Notes: generated by a model not told the origin, from the letters alone. A stretch of 64,000 bases of DNA from Octopus sinensis (GCF_006345805.1 NC_043007.1:16554001-16618000), one strand, 5' to 3'; positions 37,935-52,084 are shown, counted from the stretch's first letter. Numbers and translations are program-made.

Positions 37935-39752
37935 ATATATATATATCATCATTTCCATGTGTGCATGGGAAGGACAGTTCACAGGAGCCGGCCAGGTAGA
38001 AGACTACCCCAGACTACTATGTCTGTTTTGGCAGGGTTTTTATGGCTGGATGCCCTTCCTTATACCAACCATTCTACAGAGTGGACTGTGAGTTTTTACG
38101 CAGCACTAGCACAGACGAGGTCAGTTTTTGCATGATTTTCCAGCTGGATGCCCTTACAAATGTCAATCACTTTACAGCGTGGACCGGATGCTTTTTACAT
38201 ATACATGATGAGCTGCTTTCAGTTTTCATCTACCAAATACATTCACAAGGCTTTGGGCATTCTAGGGCTATAGTAGAAGATACCTGCCCATGATCCACGC
38301 AATGAGAATGAACCCGAAACAATGTAATTGGCAAGCAAACTTCTTACCATATAGCCACACTTATCACAACTTCATTGTGTTTAACTCATCTTTGTTGTAA
38401 TCATTTTAATGTTTTTTTTTCCCCATGATATGAATAAGATGTATTGTGATACAACACTCATTCATTTTGGGCCATGAGTCATGCCACAACATCATTATTA
38501 ATCTTAACCCTTCTCATAATTTACTTAATCTTATTGTCAATTAACTTTGCTGTCAGCAAATAACACTTGCCACTCAGTATGTGTTAGTCATATACATTAT
38601 ATTTTCACTAATGTGCAGCCAGCTCTACTACACATTAATTATGTCTAACAACCAGGCTTGTCATCTGACTGTGTTCAGCCTTTCATAATGTGTTGAACAT
38701 GCAATGGGTCTCAACTCCCTTCTCTCTAACTTCTGCAATTCTTTTACATTCAATATCCATCAATCATTAGCATGCAGCATCATGTTTCTGACATGCACTC
38801 TTTTAGATAAAATTACCAGAGTCCTTGTTTGTCCCCTGTGTTTAGCCCCTTGTGGGCAATAAAGAAATATATATATATCATCATTTCCATGTGTGCATGG
38901 GAAGGACAGTTCACAGGAGCCGGCCAGGTAGAAGACTACCCCAGACTACTATGTCTGTTTTGGCAGGGTTTTTATGGCTGGATGCCCTTCCTTATACCAA
39001 CCATTCTACAGAGTGGACTGTGAGTTTTTACGCAGCACTAGCACAGACGAGGTCAGTTTTTGCATGATTTTCCAGCTGGATGCCCTTACAAATGTCAATC
39101 ACTTTACAGCGTGGACCGGATGCTTTTTACATATACATGATGAGCTGCTTTCAGTTTTCATCTACCAAATACATTCACAAGGCTTTGGGCATTCTAGGGC
39201 TATAGTAGAAGATACCTGCCCATGATCCACGCAATGAGAATGAACCCGAAACAATGTAATTGGCAAGCAAACTTCTTACCATATAGCCACACTTATCACA
39301 ACTTCATTGTGTTTAACTCATCTTTGTTGTAATCATTTTAATGTTTTTTTTCCCCCATGATATGAATAAGATGTATTGTAATACAACACTCATTCATTTT
39401 GGGCCATGAGTCATGCCACAACATCATTATTAATCTTAACCCTTCTCATAATTTACTTAATCTTATTGTCAATTAACTTTGCTGTCAGCAAATAACACTT
39501 GCCACTCAGTATGTGTTAGCCATATACATTATATTTTCACCAATGTGCAGCCAGCTCTACTACACATTAATTATGTCTAACAACCAGGCTTGTCATCTGA
39601 CTGTGTTCAGCCTTTCATAATGTGTTGAACATGCAATGGGTCTCAACTCCCTTCTCTCTAACTTCTGCAATTCTTTTACATTCAATATCCATCAATCATT
39701 AACATGCAGCATCATGTTTCTGACATGCACTCTTTTAGATAAAATTACCAGA
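37885..39752. repeat. Tandem duplication of about 932 bp
   Basis: 37885-38820 and 38821-39752 are near-identical (about 4 substitutions plus homopolymer/microsatellite length changes); ORFs 38042 and 38974 are identical. Confidence 0.9.
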
Positions 39753-40175
39753 GTCCTTGTTTGTCCCCTGTGTTTAGCCCCTTGTGGCTAGTAAAGAAAT
39801 AGGTATTTCGTTTGCCGCTACGTTCTGAGTTCAAATTCTACCAAGATCGACTTTACCTTTCATCCTTTCGGGGTCGATAAATTAAGTACCAGTTATGTAC
39901 CGGGGTCGATGTAATCGACTTAATCACTTTGTCTGTCCTTGTTTGTCCCTTCTGTGTTTAGCCCCTTATGGGTAGTAAAGAAATAGGTATTTCGTTTGCC
40001 GCTACGTTCTGAGTTCAAATTCCGCTGCGGTCAACTTTGCCGTTCATCCTTTCGGGGTCGATAAATTAAGTACCAGTTACGTACTGGAGTCGATGTAATC
40101 TACTTAATCACTTTGTCTGTCCTTGTTTGTCCTCTCTCTGTTTAGCTCCTTGTGGGCAATAAAGAAATAAGAATG
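39753..40175 (+). repeat. Head-to-tail SINE multimer (184-bp period)
   Basis: Junction AAAGAAATAG|GTATTTCGTTTGCCGC at about 39803 and 39987. Confidence 0.8.
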
Positions 40176-41552
40176 TAAAGATGGAGGCTGAAATGCCACT
40201 GTCTTGCCTGGCATGCTTACAATTCTGCCAGCTCACCACCTCTCTTTCTCTCTCCCACATACACACACACATGCACATATATATATAAATAAAATCCAAT
40301 ATTCATATATATATGTGCAAGTATTGCACCATCGTTATCATTTAACGTCCAGCTTCCATGCTGGCATGGTTCAGTCTCACTCTGTACCACTTTCGGCATG
40401 TCTTCTGTAGCTCAAGGTCAACTAAAGCCTTATGAGTGAATTTAAATTAGATGGAAACTGAAAGAATCCTGTTTGTGTGTGTGTATCTGTATGCACCACT
40501 TAACAGTGCATGCTGAGTGTATACAAAGTCACCATTTATATAAAAATGGTGTAATTTACTTGCAGTTTTCCATGAAATCATGTCTGGCTTTAATTCTAGA
40601 AATGTTGTCTTGCTTAGGAAAAGGTGAGTGTTGGTGCCAGGAAGAGAGCATCTGGTCATAGAAAAATCCTCCTCATCAAATTTCATTTGATCCTTGCATT
40701 TATGGCTAAGTTAATGTTAAAGCAAAAATGAATATGTGTTTACACACTCACACATGCGTGCACACATACATACTTGCACATAGTAAGATTGAGGAATGTG
40801 GACAGATTGTAAGGCATCAGGATATTTAGGGATAATTGGTCAACATAATGTAACTTATTTAATCAATCAATTATATCTACAATAATTGGATTTAAGTAAA
40901 AAAGCAGAAAATAAAGGCTACAAGAGCATTGTAAATATTAATTTTAAAGACAAAAACAAATAGAACGACACTAGTAATTCCTTTTTTTTTTTAACTAAAC
41001 GATTCACTCCTTGAAATTATTTAACAGTTCACTCATCAAAACAGGCCATAGACAAAGTAATGTTTGCTTAAATTCCAATAAGCTAAAACAAAATAAAAAC
41101 AGAAAATAATTGTTACATCTTACAAAAATATACATATTTCATTTGGTCTCAAATTGCCGATCAGTCAAGAATGATGGATATTGTAAACATTGTTTTTAAA
41201 AACACAAGATATTGTCTTGCTTTTAATTACTTGGTGTACAGACTGGACAAAGCACAACTTCAAATTACTTAATACTTTGTGCTTCAAAATAGCTCACAGT
41301 TTTATATTACTTGTTCAATGTTTATGTGTTTGTATGTGATTTTCTGTGTGTGTGTGTGTGTATTTTGATGTGTCTATACAATTTGAGAACTCAAGTATGG
41401 TAGTATGTATCTGTTTCACTCTTCTTAATTTTACATATGAATTCAATGTCATGGCATGTGGTGATGCATATGTGGAATTATTATTATAAGAGGGGTTATC
41501 ATTACAGTATATGTTGCATGATAAGGTACTTTAGATGCTTGAGTAATATAAT

Positions 41553-42130
41553 CATCATCGTTTAACATCCGCTTTCCATGCTAGCATGGGTTGGATGATT
41601 TGACTGAGGACTGGCAAACCTGATGGCTGCAACCAGGCTCCAATCTGATCTGAGCTGGATGCCCTTTCTAACGCCAACCACTCCGAGAATGTAGTGGGTT
41701 TTTTTTTTACGTGCCACCTGCACAGGAGCCAGTCCAGTGGCACTGGCAACAACCTCACTCGAATGTTTTTTTCACAGGCCACCGGCACAAGTACTAGTAA
41801 GGCGATGCTGGTAACGATCGCACTCAAATAGTGCTTTTAGCATGGCACTGGCACAGAAGCCAGTTAGCTGCTCTGGCAACAATCACGCTTGGATGGTGCT
41901 CTTAGCGCTCCACTAACATGGATGCCAGTCATCGAATTTGATTTCGATTTCGATTTCCTCAACAGGTCTTTGCAAGCAGAGTTTAGTGTCCAATGAAGGA
42001 AAGATACACATAGGTGGGCTGGTTACACCCCTGGCATAGGCCACAGGTTATGGTCTCACTTGGCTTGCCAGGTTTTCTGAAGCACAGCATATTTCCAAAG
42101 GTTCCGGTCACTAGTCATTGCCTCGGTAAG
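41553..42130 (-). mobile_element. RTE 3' UTR copy
   Basis: (CAT)n-TTAACATCCGCTTTCCATGCTAGCATGGG start; internal repeats as in the other copies. Confidence 0.7.
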
Positions 42131-44865
42131 GCAAATAATGGAGTCTGAAACTCTTTCTAGAGAGAATTATTGAAATTTGAATTCAACATTTAATTTCTTG
42201 GTGGACCATTTTTTTCATTAGTATTTGTTTATTTTAGCTATTAACTTCACATTTATTTTTTTATCGATATTAGTATATATTTGAAAAATCTGCTTTACTT
42301 TCACATGTTCATTCAACCAGTCAGTGACTTTAAGTGATGTTAATTTATTTCCATCTCATAAAAGTTTTCTGTGCTTTAAACTATACAACATCATATTGAG
42401 GCTATGGAGTCATGAAGCAATTATTAGCTTATTTATAAAAATATACCAACTCTGACTAAATTTAAATTGTAATATTCAAATTACTGGTTTCACATATGCT
42501 AATTTGTTTTCTGCACTATAAATAATCAAACCATGTTTTAAGAGCTGTTATGAAAGAATGTTCAGTAACAGTAATTCTGTTTCTAAGGCCAAGATATTAA
42601 TTTTAGATTTGGATTTTTGATTTAAGCCCTAGGTACTGTCACCTATAAAAAATGCTTGGAAGAATAAACTTAATAATCATGTACAATGTAATCTCTTTTT
42701 TTTTAAATTTAATGTCATCTTTCATTCATTTAACCTGTCCGTTGCGAACTCTTCTCCATGGCCAGACATGTTTTTGTAGAATCTGCAAAATGAATGACTT
42801 TCATTTACAACAATCACAGAGTTTCACACACACAACAGGTTTTTTCTTTTAGTTTCCATCTACCAAATTCACTTACAAGGCTTTGGTAGGCTTGGAGCTA
42901 CAGTAGAAGACACTTGTGAGACTGAACCTGAAACCATGTAGTTGGGAAGCAAGCATCTTAACTTATGTAACCACACTTGGAAATTTCTTATGGAAACATT
43001 CTGGATATTATTGCTTGTAGTAATATATTCTTTCCATATTCAAAAGAAGCAGTTTGAATAACAAAAATGTTAACTACATTGCTAATGATAATAGAATTTT
43101 TTTTCTATCTCCAAGTAGTAAATTCTTCACATTATTCTATTACTGGCTCCACCTACTCAAAAATATTTCATATTTTAAATTAGAGTTCTTGGTAATTCTA
43201 GGATTACAAAAATTTAGCATTATTCAGGCTTTGTAGTAGAGATGTCTGAGAAGTTTATTGAAGTGAAAAATCTTTCTCATGTTCTACCGGAAGCTTTTAT
43301 TTTTTACGGGTTTCAGTCAATGGACTGTGGCCATGCTGGTGCACCACTTAAATGGTTTAGTCGAACAAATTGACCTCATTACTTTTTTTTTTTTTTTTGA
43401 AGTCTTGTATTTATTCCATCAGTCTCTTTTGCCTAACCATTAACTTACAGGGATTAAACAAGCAACTCTGGTTGTCAAGTAATGGGTGGTTAAACACAAA
43501 AGCATATATACAACTTTGAAACTGCCGAGCTTCAGCAGGTACTGGTTATGGGCCATTGTTGCTTAAATGGTGTTGATGCAAAGACATGTAGTAATAAACA
43601 TTGACAGGCATTTGGCCATGCATGATTCCTCCCCCCTCTCTCTCTCACACACACACACATGCACATACATGTATTTGCATGTGTACAGTTTCTGTCCAGT
43701 TTTACTCACAAGGCAATAATAGAAGATATTTGCTCAAATTGAGGATGGGATCTGAAACGATGTGCTTATGTAGTAAACTTTATAGCATACAAGTCATGTA
43801 GATGTATGCATGCACATAGAAATGATATCTAATGGAGGAAAATATAAAGCCAAGTCAGTGACCCACTTTTGATTCCAAATTGCAGTGATTCTCTTGACTT
43901 GTGCTTCTAAAGCTCTTGGGAAATATCTTAAAGTAATGGTTACTGCTATTTCTTTGTCATGAAAGCATGCCTAAAACACAAAATGACATCATTACTTCTC
44001 TCTCTCTCTCTGTCTCTCCACAGTTCAAATTATCACTGTCTTTACACATGCTGTATCTATCAATTTCTGGTACTCTCGGGGGAGACTCTGTAAGCAACAA
44101 AAACTGCATTAATTCAGAGTTTCCATTTCATAGGCCAGAAATATTTTCCTTCTCAGCAGCTGCTGGCTCTCTACAGAGAGAGAGAGAGAAAAAAAAAAAG
44201 GCAACTGTATGATGCTACCTATGTATATGGATGGGATAGTGCACTTATCACATTTACTTGCTTATTTGACTGCATTCAGGAAAAGTCATCATGAGAATGC
44301 ATTGAATTGCATTGTAACAGCTGGAAATTCTCAGGGAATTGAAAAGTCTAACAGGGTTTTTTAAAGTTTGTGTATGGGTACTTAGCACCAAATTAGAAAA
44401 CAGAAGCTTAAGTAAATTTAAAGCATAAAAAAAAATTTCTCATCATCATGGCTGTGGGGTAAGAAGCTCTCATTGCAACCATGTGATATCTGGTTCAATC
44501 CCATGGTGCAAACACCTTGGACATGTGTCTTCTAAAATAGCCACAGGCTGAGCAATGCCTTGTGAGTGAATTTGGTAGATGGAAACTGTATGGAAACCTG
44601 TCGTGTGTGTGTGTGTGTAGATATAATATGTCACCAAAGTGAACAGAGGGCACTATTCAGCACCAGTATTGCTAGAAATAAGAGGCAAAACAACTCAAAA
44701 TTGCAAATTAGTCACACTCACATGCACATATATATATATATATATATAAAATGTTTTTGCTTGTATACCTTACTCTACCACTTGACGGCTGGTGTTGGTT
44801 TGTTTATGTCTCCATAACTCAGCAGTTAGGTAAAAGAGACTAAGTACCACACTTAAAAAAAAAAA

Positions 44866-45423
44866 GTTCTGGAGGCGATTTGTTTGACTAAACTCTTCAG
44901 GACAGTGCCCCAGTATGGCTGCAGTCCACTGATTGAAACAAGTGAAAAGATTAAAAGAGAAAAGGATAAAAGATCATCTTTTTACATTTGTTTATCCACG
45001 TTGGCATGGGTTGGAGGAATCATTACAGTTTGAGACGGTCCTAATTTAGTGTTCTGGATGCAATTTGTTTGACTAAACTCTTCAGGGCAGTGCTCCAGTA
45101 TGGCTGCAGTCCACTGATTGAAACAAGTAAAAAGATTAAAAGAGAAAAGGATAAAAGATCATCTTTTTACATTTGTTTATCCACGTTGGCATGGGTTGGA
45201 GGAATCATTACAGTTTGAGACGGTCCTAATTTAGTGTTCTGGATGCAATTTGTTTGACTAAACTCTTCAGGGCAGTGCTCCAGTATGGCTGCAGTCCACT
45301 GATTGAAACAAGTAAAAAGATTAAAAGAGAAAAGGATAAAAGATCATCTTTTTACATTTGTTTATCCACATTGGCATGGGTTGGAGGAGTCATTACAGTT
45401 TGAGACAGTCTTAATTTAGTGTT
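44866..45423. repeat. Three tandem copies of a 185-bp unit
   Basis: TGTTTGACTAAACTC at 44881, 45066 and 45251; the unit fuses a SINE tail with an RTE tail fragment. Confidence 0.9.
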
Positions 45424-45999
45424 ACTACCCTCCCTGATGAGAGAAGATCACATCTTATATGCTTCATTTTGCATGGTTTCTGTGGCTGGGTGCACTTTTT
45501 AAAGCCAGCCTCAGATAATAGTGGATATATTTTTACCATAACACTTGCATTTGCACATTACAAATTATAGTGAATGCATTTTATCATGGTACCAGCACTA
45601 GAGGCTTTCTTGCCCCTGAAAAGACTATAGTATCTTTTCTAGCCTATGTTGTCCCTCTTCATGCAAGATAACCTGACCAAAAGGGTGAACTAAAGAGAGG
45701 AGAGAGAGAGACAAATCAAGGCAAGAGGTGATAGAGAAGGTTGTAATGGAAGAGATCAATAGGCCAATAGACAAGCTGTTGGGTAGGAGATTGAATAGAA
45801 AAATGCATGGGCTGCATGATAGCAAAGAAATGTTTGAGAGGAAGAGAGAGAGAAAAATGGATGTCAGTGATGAGTGGTAAGACTGGGTACTATGAAAGGT
45901 GGTTGTAAAGAAGAGTGATGATAGGAGAAATTGAGTCTCGGACTTGTGTTAATAGAGATGTAGAGTGATAAAAAGTGACGGTAGAGGGAACTGAATATA

Positions 46000-46345
46000 T
46001 ATTTCTTTATTGCCCACAAGGGGCTAAACATAGAGGGGACAAACAAGGACAGACAAAGGGATTAAATCGATTACATCGACCCCAGTGCGCAACTGGTACT
46101 TTATTTATCGACCTCGAAAGGATGAAAGGCAAAGTCGACCTCAGCAGAATTTGAACTCAGAACATAACGGCAGACGTAATACGAATAAGCTTTTCGCTCG
46201 GCGCTCTAAAGTTTCTGCCAGCTCGCCACCTTAAACGGCAGGTGAAATACCTATTTCTTTACTACCCACAATGGGGCTACACACAGAGAGGACAAACAAG
46301 GACAGACAAACGGATTAAGTCGATTACATCGACCCCAGTGCGTAA
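46000..46345 (-). mobile_element. Two adjacent Meta/MESC-like SINE copies
   Basis: Family match; the second copy is truncated. Confidence 0.75.
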
Positions 46346-47822
46346 CAGGGAACTGGATATAAGCAAATCTGATACCTTACCAGGTACTCAGTTGGCATAA
46401 CATAGTGATAGGAGAGAAGGTGAATAAAAGATAAGAGAGTGAAGAAGATAGGTGGGGCTGTAAATGAAAATGTTGCTTCAACAAAATGGGTGACTGATCC
46501 AAATCATAATCATCATTTAACGTCCGTGTTCTATGCTAGCATGGGTGGGAAGATATATTATTCAACACAATCTCCACCATTTTCATATGCTTGTATTGGT
46601 TGAGGGAATTTTCTCTAGCGCAGCCTGTTGCTATTCATTGCAATCCTTTGTTATATCCCTTTTTTTCATGGTTCAGTTTCTTGAGATGTTTTCCAAGGTC
46701 TTTTTCTAAAGTTTCATCCACACTGGGTGATCGATACTTACATCACACAATGTCAAGTCAAGGAGTCACAAACACTCTCATACACATGCATACATATGTA
46801 TGTGTGTATGTATGTGTATATATATATGTGTGTGACATTGACAAGTCAAAAGGATGAAACCTCGAAGTCTGTGATTCCCCCAAAAAAAAGGATTTGATGT
46901 GAGTTATCTCGCTTAGTTATGACTTGTTTTCAGGTGTTTTTACACCAAGGGCATTGAGAATATATTATGCCTAAAAATTGTAGCTGCCCAATGAACTAAC
47001 AACACACACACCTTGTGTATGTGTGTTCAATTTTATATATATATATATATATATATTTATTAACATCCACCTTCTATTCTGGCATGGGTTGGAAGCCTAT
47101 CATATATGATGGGCTTCTTTCAGTTTCCACCTACAGCCGGGCACTCTTTCTGTTGCTAACCTTCACTTGTTTCCAAGTAATGGTGCAATTTTCCATGGGT
47201 GCAACTTGGGCATGTTTTCACAACAAATATAAACAGACACTGTCTATATGAAGATGACATTGTGTATACACCATATATGATGGGCTTCTTCCAGTTTCCA
47301 TCTACCAAGTCTACTCGCAAAGCTTTGGTCAACTCAGGGCTATAGTAGAACACACTTGTCCATGGTTCCACAAAGTGGAACTGAACTTGGAACCTTGTAG
47401 CTGGGAAGTAAATTTGCTGACCATACAGCCACAAGCAGCGCTTATTTGTATAGTATATGTGTGTGTATAGATCATCATCATTTTAATGTCCATCTTTTCT
47501 TTGGTAGTTTGGGTCAGTCAAGACTTATTGAAGTAAGTTTCTTACAGCCAGGTACTCTTTCTGTTGCTAACCATCACCTGTTTCCAGGTAATGGTGCAAT
47601 TTTCCCTGGGTGCAACTTGGGCATGTTTTCACAACAAATGTAAACAGACAACAGACACTGTCTGTATGAAGGTGACATTGTTTACACAGCACACAGATAG
47701 TCAGACACATTACCACAGCAGATTTAATCAATGACACCATTTACACTGTGTGAACAGTGAGAAGGCACACACATACATAGTCACACACACATATGCCCAC
47801 ACACATGTGGGTATGTAAATAT

Positions 47823-48240
47823 AGGCGCAGGAGTGGCTGTGTGGTAAGTAGCTTGTTTACTAACCACATGGTTCCGGGTTCAGTCTCACTGCATGGCACC
47901 TTGGGCAAGTGTCTTCTACTATAGCCTCGGGCTGACCAAAGCCTCGTGAGTGGATTTGGTAGATGGAAACTGAAAGAAGCCCGTTGTATATGTGTGTGTG
48001 TGTGTATATATAATATATATATATATATATTTGTGTGTCTGTGTTTGTCCCCCCCCCCTAGCATTGCTTGACAACCGATGCTGGTGTGTTTATGTCCCTG
48101 TTACTTAGCAGTTCGGCAAAAAGAGACCGATAGAATAAGTACTGGGCTTACAAAGAACAAGTCCCGGGGTCGAGTTGCTCGATTAAAGGCGGTGCTCCAG
48201 CATGGCCGCAGTCAAATGACTGAAACAAGTAAAAGAGAGA
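47823..48240 (+). mobile_element. tRNA-derived CORE-type SINE, composite full-length copy
   Basis: Head GGCGCAGGAGTGGCTGTGTGGTAAG, B-box-like GGTTCAGTCTC, CORE-like ACCTTGGGCAAGTGTCTTCTACTATAGCCTC, internal (TG)n and tail CAAGTAAAAGAG. Confidence 0.75.
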
Positions 48241-48259
48241 AAGAGAGAGAGAGAGAGAT

Positions 48260-48830
48260 AGGTTGAAAGGAATGGTTAAGAAGATGGATCTCTGCAGTAC
48301 TCCATTTTGGAAGTGGTTTTTTCCATGTAGACAACTTTTGGCAGCCTGACAGGGAGTTAAACTAAGTATTGTTTTGTTATTTCTAAGGTGGAGTCGAGTA
48401 ATTTTTGTATGAGTGAATAGTAAGGAATGGAATCCAAAGTTTGCTGATGCCACTGATGGTTAGAATGGTATGTGTGGGAGAGTGTTTTTTTGTTTTTTTT
48501 TAACCTTTCTCAAAACAATATATTTTCTGTGTTAGGTTTGTGAGTTGGTAGTTGAGTGTAATGACCTGGATTTATGTTGTGATTTGGAGGGATTTGTAGG
48601 GGATAATGATGTCAAAGGTTAACCAGTTGGAGTTTTTGATGGTGTGTATAGAAATGTACTGGGCCTGCATGATGTTACATCACATAAAATACTATTTATC
48701 AATTTCTTCTGATTCTTTGAAATTCACCACTAAGGTGTTCTTTTCTTTCTCCGATTAAGAAAGAAATATTTCATTGAGAATTTCTTTGCATGCAGTGTTC
48801 AGGACATTACTCCTTAACCTAATTATCCAA
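48260..48830 (-). mobile_element. Degenerate LINE reverse-transcriptase relic
   Basis: NGVLQRSIFLTIPFN resembles the RT motif GVPQGSxLSPxLFN; the frames are broken. Confidence 0.45.
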
Positions 48831-49218
48831 TATCATGCCACTGATCTTGTCAACATCAGTTAGCATCTATTTTCTATTTTGGCATGGGTGGAATGCTTTA
48901 ACAGGTGCTGGTGAGCCAGAGGACTGCACCAAGATCCATTGCTTGCTTTTGCATGGTTTTTATGACTGGATGCTCTTTCTAATACCAGCTACTTTACAAA
49001 CTGACATAGGTGCTTTTTATGTGGCACCAGCATTGGTGTGGTTACTGAGTAACTTGCAAGACAAAGGCACCTTCAGCTGAGTGTGGAGTAGTATAGAGGT
49101 GGTTTTATGCCAGGTGGTAGAGAGACGGGAACAGGTGTCTTGCTGTAGGGAGATATATAGTTACTTCAGTTGGACTGTATTATGCAGGTGGGCTGTAACA
49201 GACTAAAGTATGATGATT

Positions 49219-49302
<84 letters not shown>

Positions 49303-49304
<2 letters not shown>

Positions 49305-49564
49305 GTTGTGGTCAAAAGATTTGAATATTTAAAAAAAAATTAGAATTATGCCCAAGTACAATTCGATTCAAATACATACAACGTAGAGATATACTTACCT
49401 AATAACTGATTCAATGGTTCACTATCTAGAAGAAAAGAAATATCAGGCCTATGTATCAAACTTTTGGCCAAGTTATAATATATTGCAAATTGAATATAAC
49501 ATTGAGCGTTTAATATAAAAATTCTAATTTTCATACCTATGTTCCAAACTTTTGGCCACAACTG
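49303..49564. mobile_element. Tc1-like MITE
   Basis: TIR (C/T)AGTTGTGG(T/C)CAAAAG at 49303 and its reverse complement ending 49564, within TA-rich flanks. Confidence 0.65.
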
Positions 49565-49592
49565 TGTATGTGTGTGTGTAACATATATATAT

Positions 49593-49794
49593 ATATTCTG
49601 TTGTGTCTGGGGAGAGTCATTTTCTTTTTGTGCCTTATAATTTAACACACTCACCGATAAAATTTCCACTTATTCCTGAAAAAAATAGATAAGAAATAAT
49701 AAAAAAAAAAGGAATAAGTGGAAATTTTACCAGTGAGTGTGTTAAGTTATAAAGCACAAAAAGAAAATGACTCTCCCCAGACACAGCAGAATAT
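49593..49794. repeat. 84-bp inverted repeat with a 34-nt spacer
   Basis: Arms 49593-49676 and 49711-49794 with 5 mismatches; the ORF track shows mirrored peptides (...YKAQKENDSPQTQQN). Confidence 0.9.
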
Positions 49795-49848
49795 GCTTCA
49801 ACACACGAACTCATATAAAGAATCTTGCAAACCAAATCCCAAAACGGA

Positions 49849-49882
<34 letters not shown>

Positions 49883-50426
49883 ACACGTGTGTGTGTGTTG
49901 AATGATGAAAATGAGTGCTCAATATCACATTGGTGGATATTTCTTTATTTGTGAATTAAGGCTATCATTGGTTTCATGTTAAGACAAGTAGCAAGATAGT
50001 CTGTCTTAACAATTTTTCAAGTTGATCACATGATAGAAAGGTGTTCCATTTTGGAAAACATATCTGTGTTTCTGTGGGTAAGTGTATGTATGTATATATG
50101 TGTACACATGTGTGTGTATATATATATATCATCATCATATGTCCGCTTTCCATGCTAGCATGGGTTGGACGGTTTCACTGAGGGCTGGCAAACCAAATGG
50201 CTGCACCAGGCTCCAGTCTTGATCTGGCAGAGTTTCTACAGCTAGATGCCCTTCCTAACACCAACCACTCCAATATATATATATATAAACAACTTATAAA
50301 TAAGGGCTAAAGAAAATTATTTCTATAAGTTGTTTATAATTTTAACCTTTAAAGGTATTTTAATATGCTGCCACATTTTTTGATGAAATTTTTTTCTGTA
50401 AAAAAAACTTCAGCCTATATTAGTAG

Positions 50427-50457
<31 letters not shown>

Positions 50458-51479
50458 TTTTGTATTTTCATGTGCATATATATATATTTTTTCATATGAA
50501 GCTGCAGAATACAAAAATTGACACATAGACACACTTGTGTGTGTGCGTGCTAGTTTTTGTCTTTCAGTTCTATTCACAAAGCATTGGTCAGTCTGAGGCA
50601 GCAAAGAAAAGACACTTGCCCAAGGTGCCATGCAGTGAAATTGAACTCTAAACTATATGCGTGTGATCATGTAATTATAGAGCACATTCAACAACCACAC
50701 ACACACGCACGGTGCTTGTGGTATATATATGTATCTATGTTTGTGTGTTAGTGTATTTATCGTGTGTAATGCTGAAATGAAGACTTGAAAATAAAATCAA
50801 ATTGCATAAATATTTATTGGAATGTCTGTGTAATGTATTCTAGATTTTCTGCTGTCAGGCAGTCCATTAACATTATCACAAGATGATGTCTTGTGAGCAG
50901 AAGTGCCAAGATAGTTGTATATGATTTTCACTGCTTATATACATTACGGTGTAGAAGCAGGCGGTATCCAGAAACAGTTAAGATATCAAGGACACGTGTG
51001 TTCAATGTATGTATGTATGTAATGTGTTCCATTTAGGCATATTCCATTGGCAGGGATCCGTGGGTGGGATTGTTTTAGTGTGGATGACAACAGTCTTTGA
51101 CATTTCACACTGCTCTCCTAAATGACCTTAAACAGTCTGGTTCTGTTAATATATTTAGCTTAGTATATATATATCACTACATCAGGCATGTGATGTTTAC
51201 TGACTCTTTCTTCTCTGCTTTGTATAATCAATTCTATTAGTCATCAATCGCTGAATGAAGGCTGAGCACTAAGACTTGCATCTCTCTTTCTCCAACCCTC
51301 TCTTTTTCACTTGTGTGTATGTACAACACATGCACACACACACACACACACACACCAATGTATCTGTGTCATCAATAATCCTGTCTACTGGAATCGCAAG
51401 GCATCAAATCTGGAGGAAAGGATTAAGTCAGTTATATCAACTCCAGTGCGTAACTGGTACCTACTTAATTGACCTTTAA

Positions 51480-51711
51480 GGCGACAAGCTGGCAGAATCG
51501 TTAGCACGCCAGGCGAAATGCTTCGCGGTATTTCGTCTGCCGCTACGTTCTGAGTTGAAATTCCGCCGAGGTCAACTTTGCCTTTCATCCTTTCGGGGTC
51601 GATTAAATAAGTACTAGTTACGCACCGGGGTCGATATAATCGACTTAATCCGTTTGTCTGTCCTTGTTTGTCTTCTCTGTGTTTAGCTCCTTGTGGGTAG
51701 TAAAGAAATAG
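51480..51711 (+). mobile_element. SINE inserted antiparallel into another copy of the same family
   Basis: 19-bp TSD TACCTACTTAATTGACCTT at 51458-51476 and 51713-51731; the minus-strand host copy continues to about 51848. Confidence 0.8.
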
Positions 51712-52084
51712 ATACCTACTTAATTGACCTTAAAAGGATAAAAGGTAATGTCGACCCCCAGCAGAATTTGAACTCAGAACATAGCAGCAGACAGAATGCT
51801 ACTAAGCATTTCACCCAGCATGCTACCGATTCTGCCAGTTCGCCGCTTTATCTGTGTCATCAATAATGACATCAGATTTGTTTATCTTAAGTAACTCTTT
51901 TGAAAATGATGATAAAATAATGTAGAAATATTTCTGATTTGCTGCTGGTTATTGAAAACACTGGAATAACAGTAATTTGATGTCTGTATAAAGTAAAGGC
52001 AAGATTGATGATATCATTTGGTGTTAAATTAAATCTTGGGATGACTAAATGCTTCCTTGTTTCTTACTCATAGTTAGTATTTGA

